From a virus: DNA of 64,000 nt. The stretch lies in IMG/VR virus record IMGVR_UViG_3300036987_000083, positions 32,001-96,000 of that record, one strand, 5' to 3'. The notes beneath the pieces were generated by a model. That model did no database searches. It was not told the DNA's origin and worked only from the letters and a program-made list of their open reading frames with translations. Below, piece after piece: positions 34,726 through 43,573 of this stretch. The position numbers were made by a program, and so were the translations under genes. Every line of letters starts with the position of its first letter. Positions within the stretch are counted from its first letter, which is position 1.

Positions 34726-35817
34726 TTACCGCGTCTTATCGCAGCGAATGCAGTAGGACTGGCCGCGATGGTTGTCCCAGCGGTGGTTGCAGCTCTCCTG
34801 CCGCGCTTGCGTCGCTTCCTTGCTGTAGAACTTGCGTGAGTCCTTGTCCGCGTTCCTATCGAACTCAGAGTCCAGCGCCCCCTCGTGCTCCGCGATGTTG
34901 GAGCAGTTGAGCAGCAATTCCGCGTGGCGCTCCAGCCCTGTGGCCTGAAACTCGTCAGGGCGATGCACCTTTGCGAGCGCGACCGTATGCACCCACTTGG
35001 CGGGAATCCGCCTCATGCCGTGGAAGGCCCCGAGGAGCGCCCCGACAATGCAGCCGTTGGTGTCCGCGTCCCCGCCGCGCATCACGGTGTTCACCACGCC
35101 TTCCTCGAAGGTGGGAGTGCTGAGGAGGTGGTGGAACGCGAGGCGGAAGGCCAGCCGGACATGACCCCCGCCGGTAAACCCGAGGTCGCCCGCCTCCGCG
35201 CGGTTCAAGTCTTCGAGGCATTCCGTCGCCCCGATGAGGGTTGCCCCTCGCTTGGCGAAGTCGAACACCTCCCGCGCAGTACGACCCGGGAGCCGGATGC
35301 ACCGCGCGATGGTGGCCACGAAGATGCCGCTGGCGTCCTGACACACCTTCGCCGGGTGAGTAAGCGATGCGTCCAGCCTGCCCAGCTTCGCCGCCTCCAG
35401 CGGGTGGAGCTTCCAAGCGAAGACCCCCAGCGGGCTGACACGCATCAGCGCCCCGTTGGCCTCCGTGGTGGAGTTGGGGTGATTCCCCCGAAGCGCCTGA
35501 CTCGTCGCACACCCCATGTCGATGGGGTGCGAGTTGGCCCACCGCTGGTAAGCCTCGAAGACCTTGGTGGAATCGTAGCAGCCCTCCCTCCCGAGGGAGC
35601 CCGCGAGCGCCATGGCCATCTCGGTGTCGTCCGTCACCTGCCCCGGTACGACACGGAAAGCCCCGCCGCCGACGATTTCGCGGAGCCCCTCCGGGTAGAG
35701 GCGCCGGCACTCAGACTCACCCTTGAATTCCAGCGTGGTTCCGAGGGCATCGCCCGTGGCTTGCCCATAGAGGGCTCCGAGGGCTCGAAAATACTGGGTG
35801 TCGTTTGCGGGGCTCAT
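34726..35817 (-). CDS. ADP-ribosylglycohydrolase (ARH/DraG family)
   Basis: GQATGDALG, GQVTDDTEM, ANGALMR, GGDADTNGCIVGALLGA. Confidence 0.92.
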   Translation of the reverse strand: MSPANDTQYFRALGALYGQATGDALGTTLEFKGESECRRLYPEGLREIVGGGAFRVVPGQVTDDTEMAMALAGSLGREGCYDSTKVFEAYQRWANSHPIDMGCATSQALRGNHPNSTTEANGALMRVSPLGVFAWKLHPLEAAKLGRLDASLTHPAKVCQDASGIFVATIARCIRLPGRTAREVFDFAKRGATLIGATECLEDLNRAEAGDLGFTGGGHVRLAFRLAFHHLLSTPTFEEGVVNTVMRGGDADTNGCIVGALLGAFHGMRRIPAKWVHTVALAKVHRPDEFQATGLERHAELLLNCSNIAEHEGALDSEFDRNADKDSRKFYSKEATQARQESCNHRWDNHRGQSYCIRCDKTR

Positions 35818-35849
35818 GGTGTCCTTATACCTGAAGTTGACTGCTGTTG

Positions 35850-36065
35850 TCAAGCACCACCGGCTGCGGGTTTGAGTCTCACCCCTTCGGGCCCCAGCAG
35901 CTCATTCACGAGCTGCATTTCTTCATGGGTGATGCTGTAGACTTTCGCGGAGGTACACCAGCTCCCGTAGTCCATGGAACACTCAGGAAGAAGCCCGCGC
36001 ACCTGACTGATGGCTTTCGGGGAGTTCGGGTAAACGATGCAGTCAATGAGTTCTGACGCGGGCAT
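35850..36065 (-). CDS. hypothetical protein
   Basis: TTGACA-N18-TACAAG-N5-ATG; TGA inside the next TTGACA. Confidence 0.7.
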   Translation of the reverse strand: MPASELIDCIVYPNSPKAISQVRGLLPECSMDYGSWCTSAKVYSITHEEMQLVNELLGPEGVRLKPAAGGA

Positions 36066-36181
36066 GGCTTCTTGTAGCACCAGGAGACTGCCGATGTCAA
36101 GCCTTAAGTAGTGGAGGATGCTGTGGGAGTTTTCCGTGCGGCGGGGACCTGGCGGCTTCGTAGCCACCTGGCCCTCCGAGG

Positions 36182-36469
36182 TTACTTCTCTACCACGTAG
36201 ACGCTCCACCAGAGAGCCTTGGGGTCGAGGCGCGCCGCGCCGGGATCCACGAGTGTGGATGTGCCGACGCGCAACTCCTCCCCCTTATCGAAGGGCTGCG
36301 TCTGGGCCCACTCGTGAGTCTGCCGGGTCAGCTCGTGGAAGCTCGCCACTTTCGCGCCCCGCTTGGGGTCTGGCGTCCAGTCGAACTTGAAGGCGTGCGT
36401 GGACCCGTGGGCGTCGAGCACGATGACACTGGCGACAGCGATGGGGGAGGTTTGGGGCTTGGGGTTCAC
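36182..36469 (-). CDS. hypothetical protein
   Basis: AAAGGAAACACC leader, GTG start. Confidence 0.7.
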   Translation of the reverse strand: MNPKPQTSPIAVASVIVLDAHGSTHAFKFDWTPDPKRGAKVASFHELTRQTHEWAQTQPFDKGEELRVGTSTLVDPGAARLDPKALWWSVYVVEK

Positions 36470-36526
36470 GGTGTTTCCTTTCCACTGCCCTAAGCCCGCT
36501 CCCCGGTACGCTGGGAAGCGGGCGGG

Positions 36527-36542
36527 GCGTCCATGTGGTCGC
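36527..36542. repeat. 16-bp palindrome variant abutting TAA
   Basis: GCGTCCATGTGGTCGC. Confidence 0.9.
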
Positions 36543-36857
36543 TTAGGCCGTCTTCTTCATCGGCTTCTGGAACTTCGCGTAACGGGCCTCCGCGCGCTTC
36601 ATGAGCCACGTCGTTCCGAAGTTGGTGGCCTCGAAGGTGCTCCGGTCGATGGTTTCGTCGAGGAGAGCGCGAATGTGCTTGCAGGTGTCCTTGAAGCCGT
36701 CGTGCTCCTTCGTGCCCTTCTTGTAGATCCACGACTTGCAGGAGCAGCCGAGGTAGCCCGTAGTGCGGAGCGCCACGACGTACTTCTCGGTCGGGTTGGT
36801 GCTGCTCCGAATGGCTCCGATTCGATTCCAGCCGTTCGTACTCGCCTTGTCGTCCAT
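36543..36857 (-). CDS. SWIM-type Zn-finger protein
   Basis: YVV...GCSCKSW...CKHI. Confidence 0.8.
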   Translation of the reverse strand: MDDKASTNGWNRIGAIRSSTNPTEKYVVALRTTGYLGCSCKSWIYKKGTKEHDGFKDTCKHIRALLDETIDRSTFEATNFGTTWLMKRAEARYAKFQKPMKKTA

Positions 36858-37094
36858 GGTTCGTTTCCTTTCCAGCGGGGGTTGGACTGCCAGCCATGTA
36901 TACCGCGAATGACGTGCTCTTGTCGAGCTTTTTGTTTGTCCCAAATGAAAATAAACGGCAGGGCATTTGCATAATGCGGCAGGACTAGGGTACGGAAAAC
37001 TCCCGTCTCAGGGCCTGGCCCTGGGCGTGAAGAAGCCCGCCCCTCGTTGGAAGGGCGGGCTGGGCGTTTCCACTGAGCTAGTCGTTGATGCCTG

Positions 37095-37313
37095 TCACGC
37101 GGCCTGTGCGAGCTTCGGAAGCCTCGCGGCGCACCTCGCCCTGATGGAGTCCGCCGCGACACCCGCCATGTCGCACACCTCCTCGAAGTCGGCGGACTGG
37201 TCCTCGTCGAAAATCCACGAGCGCGCCTCCTCGTAGACCTCAGGCTTCTTGCCTGAGAGGTCTTCCATCGCCGCCAGCACGACTGCCATCCACAGCGTTC
37301 GTTCCCGTTCCAT
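37095..37313 (-). CDS. conserved phage hypothetical protein (LW.AVV..A.ED...A..W.F....F..VC)
   Basis: recalled motif; GGAG SD. Confidence 0.75.
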   Translation of the reverse strand: MERERTLWMAVVLAAMEDLSGKKPEVYEEARSWIFDEDQSADFEEVCDMAGVAADSIRARCAARLPKLAQAA

Positions 37314-37377
37314 GTGCGCTCCGTGGGGTGTTGCGAGGTTCGAGCAATATACCTCAGAAGCCCTGCCGTTGTCAAGC

Positions 37378-37590
37378 TCAGAAGGGGTTGAGCGTGAAGC
37401 CCGTTGCCTTGATTTCTTCGGGCGTGGCCCCGGCCCTGATTGCGCCGTCATGCAGCAAGCGGAGCATTTCCAGCCAACTGTCTCGGTTCCAGCCTGGAGG
37501 GAGCCCCCGAGGCTGGTTGCGTAGGGTGTTGAGGGCCCGCTGCTTCGCGGCCTTCATCAGGAATGCAGTCACTTCATCCTGCTTGGACAC
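37378..37590 (-). CDS. hypothetical protein
   Basis: AGGAG SD, GTG start. Confidence 0.65.
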   Translation of the reverse strand: MSKQDEVTAFLMKAAKQRALNTLRNQPRGLPPGWNRDSWLEMLRLLHDGAIRAGATPEEIKATGFTLNPF

Positions 37591-37613
37591 GCGCCGCTCC
37601 TGTTGCTAAGCAG

Positions 37614-37844
37614 CTAGGGCTTGCGCGCCATCGTTCGCAGGAACGAAGCGGGCACCACCACGGGGTCGCTGTCACTCGTGAATCCGCGAGTCTCCAAGTA
37701 CGAGCACATCTTTTCCTTCGCCCGAGCCTCGTCAGTGGCGCTGATAACCTTCACGAGAGTATGAATGTCCGCGCAGCACTCCCCCATGTAGCCGGAGGCG
37801 ATGAGAAACTTGCGGAGCGTCTTCTTGGTCTTGGGGTTGGCCAT
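37614..37844 (-). CDS. hypothetical protein
   Basis: own promoter. Confidence 0.7.
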   Translation of the reverse strand: MANPKTKKTLRKFLIASGYMGECCADIHTLVKVISATDEARAKEKMCSYLETRGFTSDSDPVVVPASFLRTMARKP

Positions 37845-37886
37845 GGGGGATACTACTAGCAGGGTTGGTCTGCCGTTGTCAAGCCC

Positions 37887-38093
37887 TTATCTGCCCTTGC
37901 GTCCATTCTTCTTGCGCTGGCGCTCGGCCTTCTTGCGCTTGCGAGCCTCTGCCGTGGCCTCGAAAGGCTTAGTGTGGTGAAGGGGCTGGCGCATGGCCTT
38001 CCAGCCGTCGTGCCGCTCGGTGTAATGGGGAGAGGGGGAGCTGAGGGCCGTGCCAATCATGGTGGCGACTGCAAGAGCGTTCGGAGAGGTCAT
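37887..38093 (-). CDS. small basic protein, leaderless
   Basis: TTGACA-N18-TAGACT-N6-ATG. Confidence 0.7.
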   Translation of the reverse strand: MTSPNALAVATMIGTALSSPSPHYTERHDGWKAMRQPLHHTKPFEATAEARKRKKAERQRKKNGRKGR

Positions 38094-38176
38094 TCCACCA
38101 GTCTACCCCAAGAGCCCTGCCGTTGTCAAGAGTGGAACCTGGCGGGAGTTTTCCAACCCGCCCTGGCCGTTTGCAC

Positions 38177-38211
38177 AAAAAAAACCCACCGACCTTTCGG
38201 CCGATGGGTTT
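38177..38211 (-). terminator. intrinsic terminator
   Basis: CCCATCGGCC-GAAA-GGTCGGTGGG plus U-tract. Confidence 0.8.
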
Positions 38212-38224
38212 GTTTGTTTGGTAG

Positions 38225-38380
38225 TGAAGCGCCGAAGTTATAGGGTCAGCGCGGCCCTAAGTACGCTCAAGCATGGTGGCTCTCCCCGCCTTTTTATTCA
38301 TTCAGTGTTTTTTCCAGAGTATGGGTACTCCTCACGTTCTGTTGAGTGAGGCCCGGAAGTTATAGGGTCCGGGGCCCTAC
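38225..38380 (-). ncRNA. two-copy predicted H-type pseudoknot RNA
   Basis: TAGGG-CC-S2a-CCCTA-TAACT-S2b at 38229-38259 and 38352-38379; S2 differs but pairs in both. Confidence 0.55.
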
Positions 38381-38480
38381 CGTAAACCCAATGTGCCTGT
38401 CATTTGCCCTCGGGCGGTTAGAGAAGTTGTTTGACTGCCTTGCTGCTTTCGGTTTCAGCGAGCCCCCCGGCCGTGCCGTG

Positions 38481-38678
38481 TCAAACCAGCACTGAGCCGG
38501 TGTCGGCGGAGCCGACCAGAAACTCGCCCACATCCACCGGGCCGTACTCGTCGAGGACGCCCGGCGTTGACAGCGCCGTCTCCATCAGCGCGTCGAGGGC
38601 GGTAGCCACCGACTCGGCATCAGTCTTCGAGTCGTCGTACTCGACCGCAAAATACAGCCTCGCCGTCTTCTTCGCCAT
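38481..38678 (-). CDS. acidic hypothetical protein (A.ALD.L...ALS.PG.L.EYG)
   Basis: AAGGAG SD; own promoter. Confidence 0.75.
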   Translation of the reverse strand: MAKKTARLYFAVEYDDSKTDAESVATALDALMETALSTPGVLDEYGPVDVGEFLVGSADTGSVLV

Positions 38679-38739
38679 GGTGCTTCTCCTTTTCCTCTTG
38701 AATCTCTTTTACTACGGGTGGCAGCCCCTTGTCAAGTAC

Positions 38740-39027
38740 CTACTCGTCGCGGACGACGGTAACGAAGTCCGCCCTGTAGATTTCGCAGGAGAGCGGGTAG
38801 GCGTTCCCCTCGGGGGAGGGCGTGCCGTTCAGCGTCTGGGCGACGCGCTCCAAGATGGTGGCCAGCGCCTCCACCTTGCCGCGCTCCTCGCTCCCCTCAG
38901 GGAGAACACAGGCCGCGTTGCGCATGGCGTCCGCCCCGCGCAGCGCCGCACCATACGCCTTGGTGAGTTCGCGGGCACCGTGCATCATGGCGATTCGGTT
39001 CCGGGCGTTCATCGTCGGCTTCGTCAT
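38740..39027 (-). CDS. hypothetical protein
   Basis: leader plus TTGACC promoter. Confidence 0.7.
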   Translation of the reverse strand: MTKPTMNARNRIAMMHGARELTKAYGAALRGADAMRNAACVLPEGSEERGKVEALATILERVAQTLNGTPSPEGNAYPLSCEIYRADFVTVVRDE

Positions 39028-39195
39028 GGGGTGTTCCTTTCGACTGCGGGGTGCGCCAGTAATACCATGTTGACCCTGCGATGGTCAAGGTATTTGAAGC
39101 GCCCAAAGAAAATAAATGGCAGGGCATTTGCACAGCCTGCTATTTCCAGGCCATAGGGGGAAGGAAAACTCCCGATTCAGGGGACCTGGCACAAG

Positions 39196-39228
39196 AAAAA
39201 GCCCGCTGACCCTGAGGGGCCAGCGGGC
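39196..39228 (-). terminator. intrinsic terminator
   Basis: GCCCGCTG stem plus U-tract on minus. Confidence 0.8.
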
Positions 39229-39231
39229 GGG

Positions 39232-39247
39232 GCGACCATGTGGACGC
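39232..39247. repeat. 16-bp palindrome variant abutting TAA
   Basis: GCGACCATGTGGACGC. Confidence 0.9.
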
Positions 39248-39565
39248 TTAGCTGGGGAGGACGGGGGAGGGCATCGTGGCCCCCTGCTCCTTTGCTACCT
39301 CGGCGCGCTCCTTCAGCTCGTTGGTGAGGGCGACGCCGCACTCCGCGAAAATCTCGTTGGGGTGAAGCCCCACGTCGAGCGCCAGCTTCATGCCGATGGT
39401 GACGACGGCGCGGAAGGCGCGCCGCGCGTTGTCCTTCTGCGTCAGCACGAGGCCCGGAACGGCCGCGAGGGCGGCGCTCACCGTGGGGAGAATGGCGAGC
39501 ATGATGCCCGTGCGGGTGAGGTGCTTCTCGGGGGCGGGAGCGGGAATCTGGAGGAGGTCGGACAC
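39248..39565 (-). CDS. hypothetical protein, paralogue of 32264..32611
   Basis: GTG after CCCGCAG leader. Confidence 0.75.
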   Translation of the reverse strand: MSDLLQIPAPAPEKHLTRTGIMLAILPTVSAALAAVPGLVLTQKDNARRAFRAVVTIGMKLALDVGLHPNEIFAECGVALTNELKERAEVAKEQGATMPSPVLPS

Positions 39566-39742
39566 GGGGTGTTCCTTTCGACTGCGGGTGTGCCCCACTA
39601 ATACCACGTTAGGCAATCAATGGTCAAGGTATTTGTTTCGACCGAATGAAGATAGCTGGCACGCGAAATGATTTCCAGGATTACGCTGGACAATGAGTTG
39701 CCCATGTCCTGCATGCGGGAGGGAGGGAAAACTCCCCGCAGC

Positions 39743-39886
39743 CTACTGGAGCCAGCGCCAGATGTGGCCGCCGAGTTCCCAGCCGATGCGACCGATGATG
39801 GCGAGAGCCACCACTTCGCTCAGGACGATGAGGGCAAAGGTGCTGAGGTCTGGGTTGTCGAAGGGGTCTTCTTCTTCTTGTCGCAT
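39743..39886 (-). CDS. 47-aa membrane peptide (not in ORF track)
   Basis: MRQEEEDPFDNPDLSTFALIVLSEVVALAIIG...; flanked by inverted boxes. Confidence 0.5.
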   Translation of the reverse strand: MRQEEEDPFDNPDLSTFALIVLSEVVALAIIGRIGWELGGHIWRWLQ

Positions 39887-39984
39887 AGGAGTTTTCCCTA
39901 CCACACCTTACCCGGACCTGGGGTCGAGCACAAAGAAAACCGGGCACCTATCGAGTGCCCGGTTTCCACCGCGTGGGTTGGATG

Positions 39985-40410
39985 TTACTCCGTGAGGGGC
40001 TTCAGCTCCGCGAGCACCTTCGCGAGGGTGAAGGGGCCCAGCTTCTTGTTGTGCCCGCCCTTGGGGATAATCAGGGCCGTTGGCGTGGGGTCGCCCTTGT
40101 CTGAATTCATGTAGTGCTCGGGGTCCGCCAGCTCCAGCAGCTCCGACACAACACTTTCTTTGTCCAGCATCAAACCCGAGTACCAGCGGGGGCCACAGCA
40201 TTCACACATGGACTCCGAGTAGTCCGGCTGGTCCGAGAGTCGCTCCCCCGCCTCCTGCTCGCAGTCCGCCTCGACGTACACCTGTTTCGCGGGCCCGGTG
40301 TAGAAGCCCCCGCTGTTGTTTTGCCAAAAGCGGAACCACGGGCCTTCCGCGAGGACCGTCTCCAGCATGGGCACCAAGCCCTCGGGGGTGCTCGCGTTGG
40401 TGTTCTTCAT
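39985..40410 (-). CDS. conserved phage hypothetical protein (F.QNNSGG...C.CCG.RW)
   Basis: recalled motif; leader and promoter. Confidence 0.75.
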   Translation of the reverse strand: MKNTNASTPEGLVPMLETVLAEGPWFRFWQNNSGGFYTGPAKQVYVEADCEQEAGERLSDQPDYSESMCECCGPRWYSGLMLDKESVVSELLELADPEHYMNSDKGDPTPTALIIPKGGHNKKLGPFTLAKVLAELKPLTE

Positions 40411-40484
40411 GGCGTGTTCCTTTCCGGCGCGGGGACTGCCTCTCGGTTATACCTCCTGTGGCCTACTGTTGTCCAGCCTTTTCT

Positions 40485-40841
40485 TCAGAGCGCGTAAACC
40501 GCGCTGTACCACGACGTACACTGCTCGACGAAGGCCCCGGCCCTCGCCAGCGCCACGCGGCCTTCCTCCATGAGGCCATACTGCTCGTAGTCGAAGTTGC
40601 AGACAGGGGCCACGTCGCCGCCGTCATGCACGATGACGAAAAGGCCCTCGGTGCCGTACTCCTCACCCCGCGCCTTCCACTCCTCGGGGGTGTAGAACGT
40701 GGTGCAGCCCCCGGTGTGGGTCCGGCCCTTCTTCACGAGGAAGGCAACGAAGGCCTCGTAAGCCGCCCGAGCCTTGGGGTCGGCGAGGGTGATGGAGTTG
40801 AGGTCGTTCTTCGGAGCGTTGCGGGCGGAGTTGGCGGGCAT
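40485..40841 (-). CDS. conserved hypothetical protein (GGC..FYTPEEW.ARGE.YG...HDGG), leaderless
   Basis: TGGACA..TATTGA-N6-ATG. Confidence 0.75.
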   Translation of the reverse strand: MPANSARNAPKNDLNSITLADPKARAAYEAFVAFLVKKGRTHTGGCTTFYTPEEWKARGEEYGTEGLFVIVHDGGDVAPVCNFDYEQYGLMEEGRVALARAGAFVEQCTSWYSAVYAL

Positions 40842-40969
40842 GGGTAATCAATACAGCAAATGGGGGTCACTTGTCCAGCCCTTAATTGAACTACTATTTG
40901 CCATGCCAACTGTCGTTGTCGGGCGGGGGAGGAGTTTTCCATGCTTTGTTCTGCGAAACCTGGCACAAG

Positions 40970-41000
40970 AAAAAACCCCGCCCCTTCGCGGGAGCGGGGT
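40970..41000 (-). terminator. intrinsic terminator
   Basis: CCCCGC stem plus U-tract on minus. Confidence 0.75.
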
Positions 41001-41001
41001 C

Positions 41002-41017
41002 GCGTCCATGTGGTCGC
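41002..41017. repeat. 16-bp palindrome variant abutting TGA
   Basis: GCGTCCATGTGGTCGC. Confidence 0.9.
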
Positions 41018-41236
41018 TCACTTCACGGGGTTGCCCGAGCCCTTGCACTTGGCGGGGGAGCGGAAGCCTCGGTGATTGGGGAGCGGGTCGGTTCGCTTGT
41101 TCACCGGGAAGGAGGCATCACACTCGGGGCAGTCGATGAACACCTGCCCTCGTGAGGACTTCAGGGGGCGTCCATCGGAGTAAATCTCGGGATCGAGCGG
41201 CTCGGACTCATTATCCACTTCGTCTTCAGTAGGCAT
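41018..41236 (-). CDS. small Zn-ribbon protein (CPEC...H...C)
   Basis: GAGG SD. Confidence 0.65.
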   Translation of the reverse strand: MPTEDEVDNESEPLDPEIYSDGRPLKSSRGQVFIDCPECDASFPVNKRTDPLPNHRGFRSPAKCKGSGNPVK

Positions 41237-41489
41237 CAGGGCACCTCGGAGTGAATGACGACGCTGGAATCCTTCCAGCTAGGTGTGGCCTTCCAGTTCC
41301 GCCCTTCGAGAGTCTTCGCCACCTTGGCCGGGCTGTCGGTGGGCATCTGAGCGAAGTAAAGCGTGCCGCAGTGTGGATGGGGTAGCGCCCCTCCCGCGCT
41401 TCGGTGCCCGGCTGGTAGGTGGAGAAGTCGGCGAGGTCACAGCCGAATGTCTCGGCAATCCAACGCTTCCAGCTCCACTTCGGTTTCAT
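41226..41489 (-). CDS. hypothetical protein
   Basis: ATGA overlap. Confidence 0.55.
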   Translation of the reverse strand: MKPKWSWKRWIAETFGCDLADFSTYQPGTEAREGRYPIHTAARFTSLRCPPTARPRWRRLSKGGTGRPHLAGRIPASSFTPRCPDAY

Positions 41490-41827
41490 CGATCCTCGCA
41501 GCAATCCATCGCGCTTTCGTACGCCGCCTCCATGTCACAGCGGTACTTCTCACCCCCCGCCTCCGCCAGCTCGTCTACCTCCGAGTCGGTCAGCTCGACC
41601 TCCGAGCCGTCACTCACGAGCGCGGCGCTGTGAACGCAGTAGCCCGCGTAGATGCCGACGGACGGGTCCGCCTGCTCCCACTCCCCCCACACCGCGACCT
41701 CCAGCTCCACGTCGTCCCCGTCAATCTCACGGGTAATGGTGGTGGTGAAGTCGGCGCTTTCCAGCAGCCTCACCAACTTCTGGGCGGCGGTAAGGACGGC
41801 GGGGGTCTTCGCGGGGTTGGGGGTCAT
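41486..41827 (-). CDS. acidic hypothetical protein, leaderless
   Basis: TTGCAA..TATAAC-N6-ATG. Confidence 0.7.
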   Translation of the reverse strand: MTPNPAKTPAVLTAAQKLVRLLESADFTTTITREIDGDDVELEVAVWGEWEQADPSVGIYAGYCVHSAALVSDGSEVELTDSEVDELAEAGGEKYRCDMEAAYESAMDCCEDR

Positions 41828-41995
41828 GCTGTCGTTATACAGGATACAGGGCACTCTTGCAAGCGTTTTGTTGAAGATAGTTTGGCCCGGAATTTGATTG
41901 TGCAAGTTGACTGCCTATGTGGCATGGAAAACTCCCCCAGGCTGGCATGGAGAGCCTGGCACCCTCCCCTCTCGGGGCTGGGGCCGGGCAGGCTG

Positions 41996-42229
41996 TTACG
42001 CGGGCTCGAAGCCTGTGTTGCAACCACCCAGCGCGGGGTGACACACCATCATGGTGCCGTCCGGCTGCTCGCGGCGGAGGGGAGGGGGAAGCTCCGTGAT
42101 GGTTCCCTTGCTGAGACACACGGGGCAGGCCGTGTGCCTCACGACGCACTGGTAGGTGCTGCCCTTGTAGTGCCACTCCAATGAGGAGCGATACTTCGTG
42201 TCGTTGTCGGTCTGCGCGGGGAGGTTCAT
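41996..42229 (-). CDS. small Zn-binding protein (CPVC...CHP..GGC), leaderless
   Basis: TATAAC-N6-ATG. Confidence 0.7.
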   Translation of the reverse strand: MNLPAQTDNDTKYRSSLEWHYKGSTYQCVVRHTACPVCLSKGTITELPPPLRREQPDGTMMVCHPALGGCNTGFEPA

Positions 42230-42368
42230 GCTTCCGTTATACACGAGACAGGGCACTAGCACAAGACCCCTGACGAAATAGTTTCGGCATAGATGTTGAT
42301 TGTGCAGATAGAATGCCATTGGCCAGAGGAAAACTCCTAGTCTTGGTGTCTTTGAAAACCTGGCGTGG

Positions 42369-42398
42369 AAAAGCCCGCCATCCTTTCGGATGACGGGC
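42369..42398 (-). terminator. intrinsic terminator
   Basis: GCCCG..ATCC-GAAA-GGAT..CGGGC plus U-tract. Confidence 0.75.
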
Positions 42399-42413
42399 CG
42401 ACCACATGGTCGC
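42398..42413. repeat. 16-bp palindrome variant abutting TGA
   Basis: CCGACCACATGGTCGC. Confidence 0.9.
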
Positions 42414-42842
42414 TCAGCAGTCGTAGCCGCCGTTTTCCATGCGCCGGGTGTAGGCGTCCGCGCGGTCATCGTCGGCGCGGGCCTGCTCCTGCTGCTCCCA
42501 GATGGCGAGGTCTGCCTGCTGGGCAGCGTCGCAGGACGCGAAATCCACGACAGGGACGACGCGGAGGCCCTTGCACTCGGCGCACTGCACGTCATACGCG
42601 CCCGCGAAGTAGGCTTCCTCGAAGTCGGGGTCCGCGTCGAACTCCTCCTGACTGATGCCCTGCGAGTCGATGGAGGGGTTGACGTGCGTGCCCTTGCCCT
42701 GACAGGTGCCGCACACCTCGAACTTCGCCGGGAAGTCGGTGTCCACCTCGTCACCCTCCGGGTCGTAGATGGTGAGCGTTACGGTGTTGGCCTTGGGGTC
42801 GAATCGGTTGGCGGGGAAGTTACGCTCTCGACGGTCGGGCAT
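42414..42842 (-). CDS. DnaJ-type (CxxCxGxG) split Zn-finger protein
   Basis: VCGTCQGKG...YDVQCAECKG. Confidence 0.8.
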   Translation of the reverse strand: MPDRRERNFPANRFDPKANTVTLTIYDPEGDEVDTDFPAKFEVCGTCQGKGTHVNPSIDSQGISQEEFDADPDFEEAYFAGAYDVQCAECKGLRVVPVVDFASCDAAQQADLAIWEQQEQARADDDRADAYTRRMENGGYDC

Positions 42843-43051
42843 TGGGTCGTTTCCTTTGCTACTGCGGGTTGCGGCACTTGTACCACAGGCTGACTGTCGT
42901 TGTCAAGCGCAACAAGCCCGAGGATGATGACGGCAATGACAGCGATGACCGGAATGGCCTTGACGAGGAAGATGATGAGCCTGACGAAGGCCTTGACGGC
43001 GTACCATGCCAGAATCAGCCCCAACAGCAGGAAGAAGATGGTGGTAATCAT
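42779..43051 (-). CDS. membrane protein, leaderless; tail reads through the next promoter
   Basis: long hydrophobic N-terminus; TATGGT-N6-ATG. Confidence 0.55.
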   Translation of the reverse strand: MITTIFFLLLGLILAWYAVKAFVRLIIFLVKAIPVIAVIAVIILGLVALDNDSQPVVQVPQPAVAKETTQCPTVESVTSPPTDSTPRPTP

Positions 43052-43275
43052 TCCACCACCATAGCACCAAGGCAGCCCGTTGTCAAGTGGAATAAGGGGT
43101 GGGAGTTTTCCCTTGGTGAGAAAAAACCAGGCCGACCAAGCCCCGCAGCTTGATCGGCCCTCTATGCGAACTCGGAATTGTGAAGCAGCCTAAGAGTCGC
43201 GGTGACTAGCCGCTCGCTTTCCCCGCCAGTCTAGCAGGTACATCACCGGACCCTCCGGTCCGCTCTTAGGCTCCT

Positions 43276-43485
43276 TCACAGTCCCGAATCCACCTCGAAG
43301 CCCTGCGCTTCGAGGTTGTCGTAATCCAGCGCCCGCTGAATGTCGGAGCCCGACAGTCCGGGCATATCCTCGTCGTCCCACTCCTCCACCGACGGGCCGG
43401 GCTTGCGCGCCATCGGGTGAGCCCCCGCGCCGGACTTCATGGAAGCGTGCAGGTGAACGATGTTGCGGTGCTTGGGGGTCGTCAT
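43276..43485 (-). CDS. small hypothetical protein, leaderless
   Basis: TTGACA-N18-TAGAAA-N6-ATG. Confidence 0.7.
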   Translation of the reverse strand: MTTPKHRNIVHLHASMKSGAGAHPMARKPGPSVEEWDDEDMPGLSGSDIQRALDYDNLEAQGFEVDSGL

Positions 43486-43573
43486 GTTCTCTTTCTACCA
43501 CTGTTTGACTGCCGTTGTCAAGCGCCGTATGGGTACCGGGTAGACGCGCCCGGCCCCGCTGTCTGACTCCCCT

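Noticed and set aside
38231-38365. loxP-like site (ATAACTTCG)
   Set aside because: Only 8-9 bp match one arm, the copies are direct rather than inverted, and the pseudoknot explains the sequence better.
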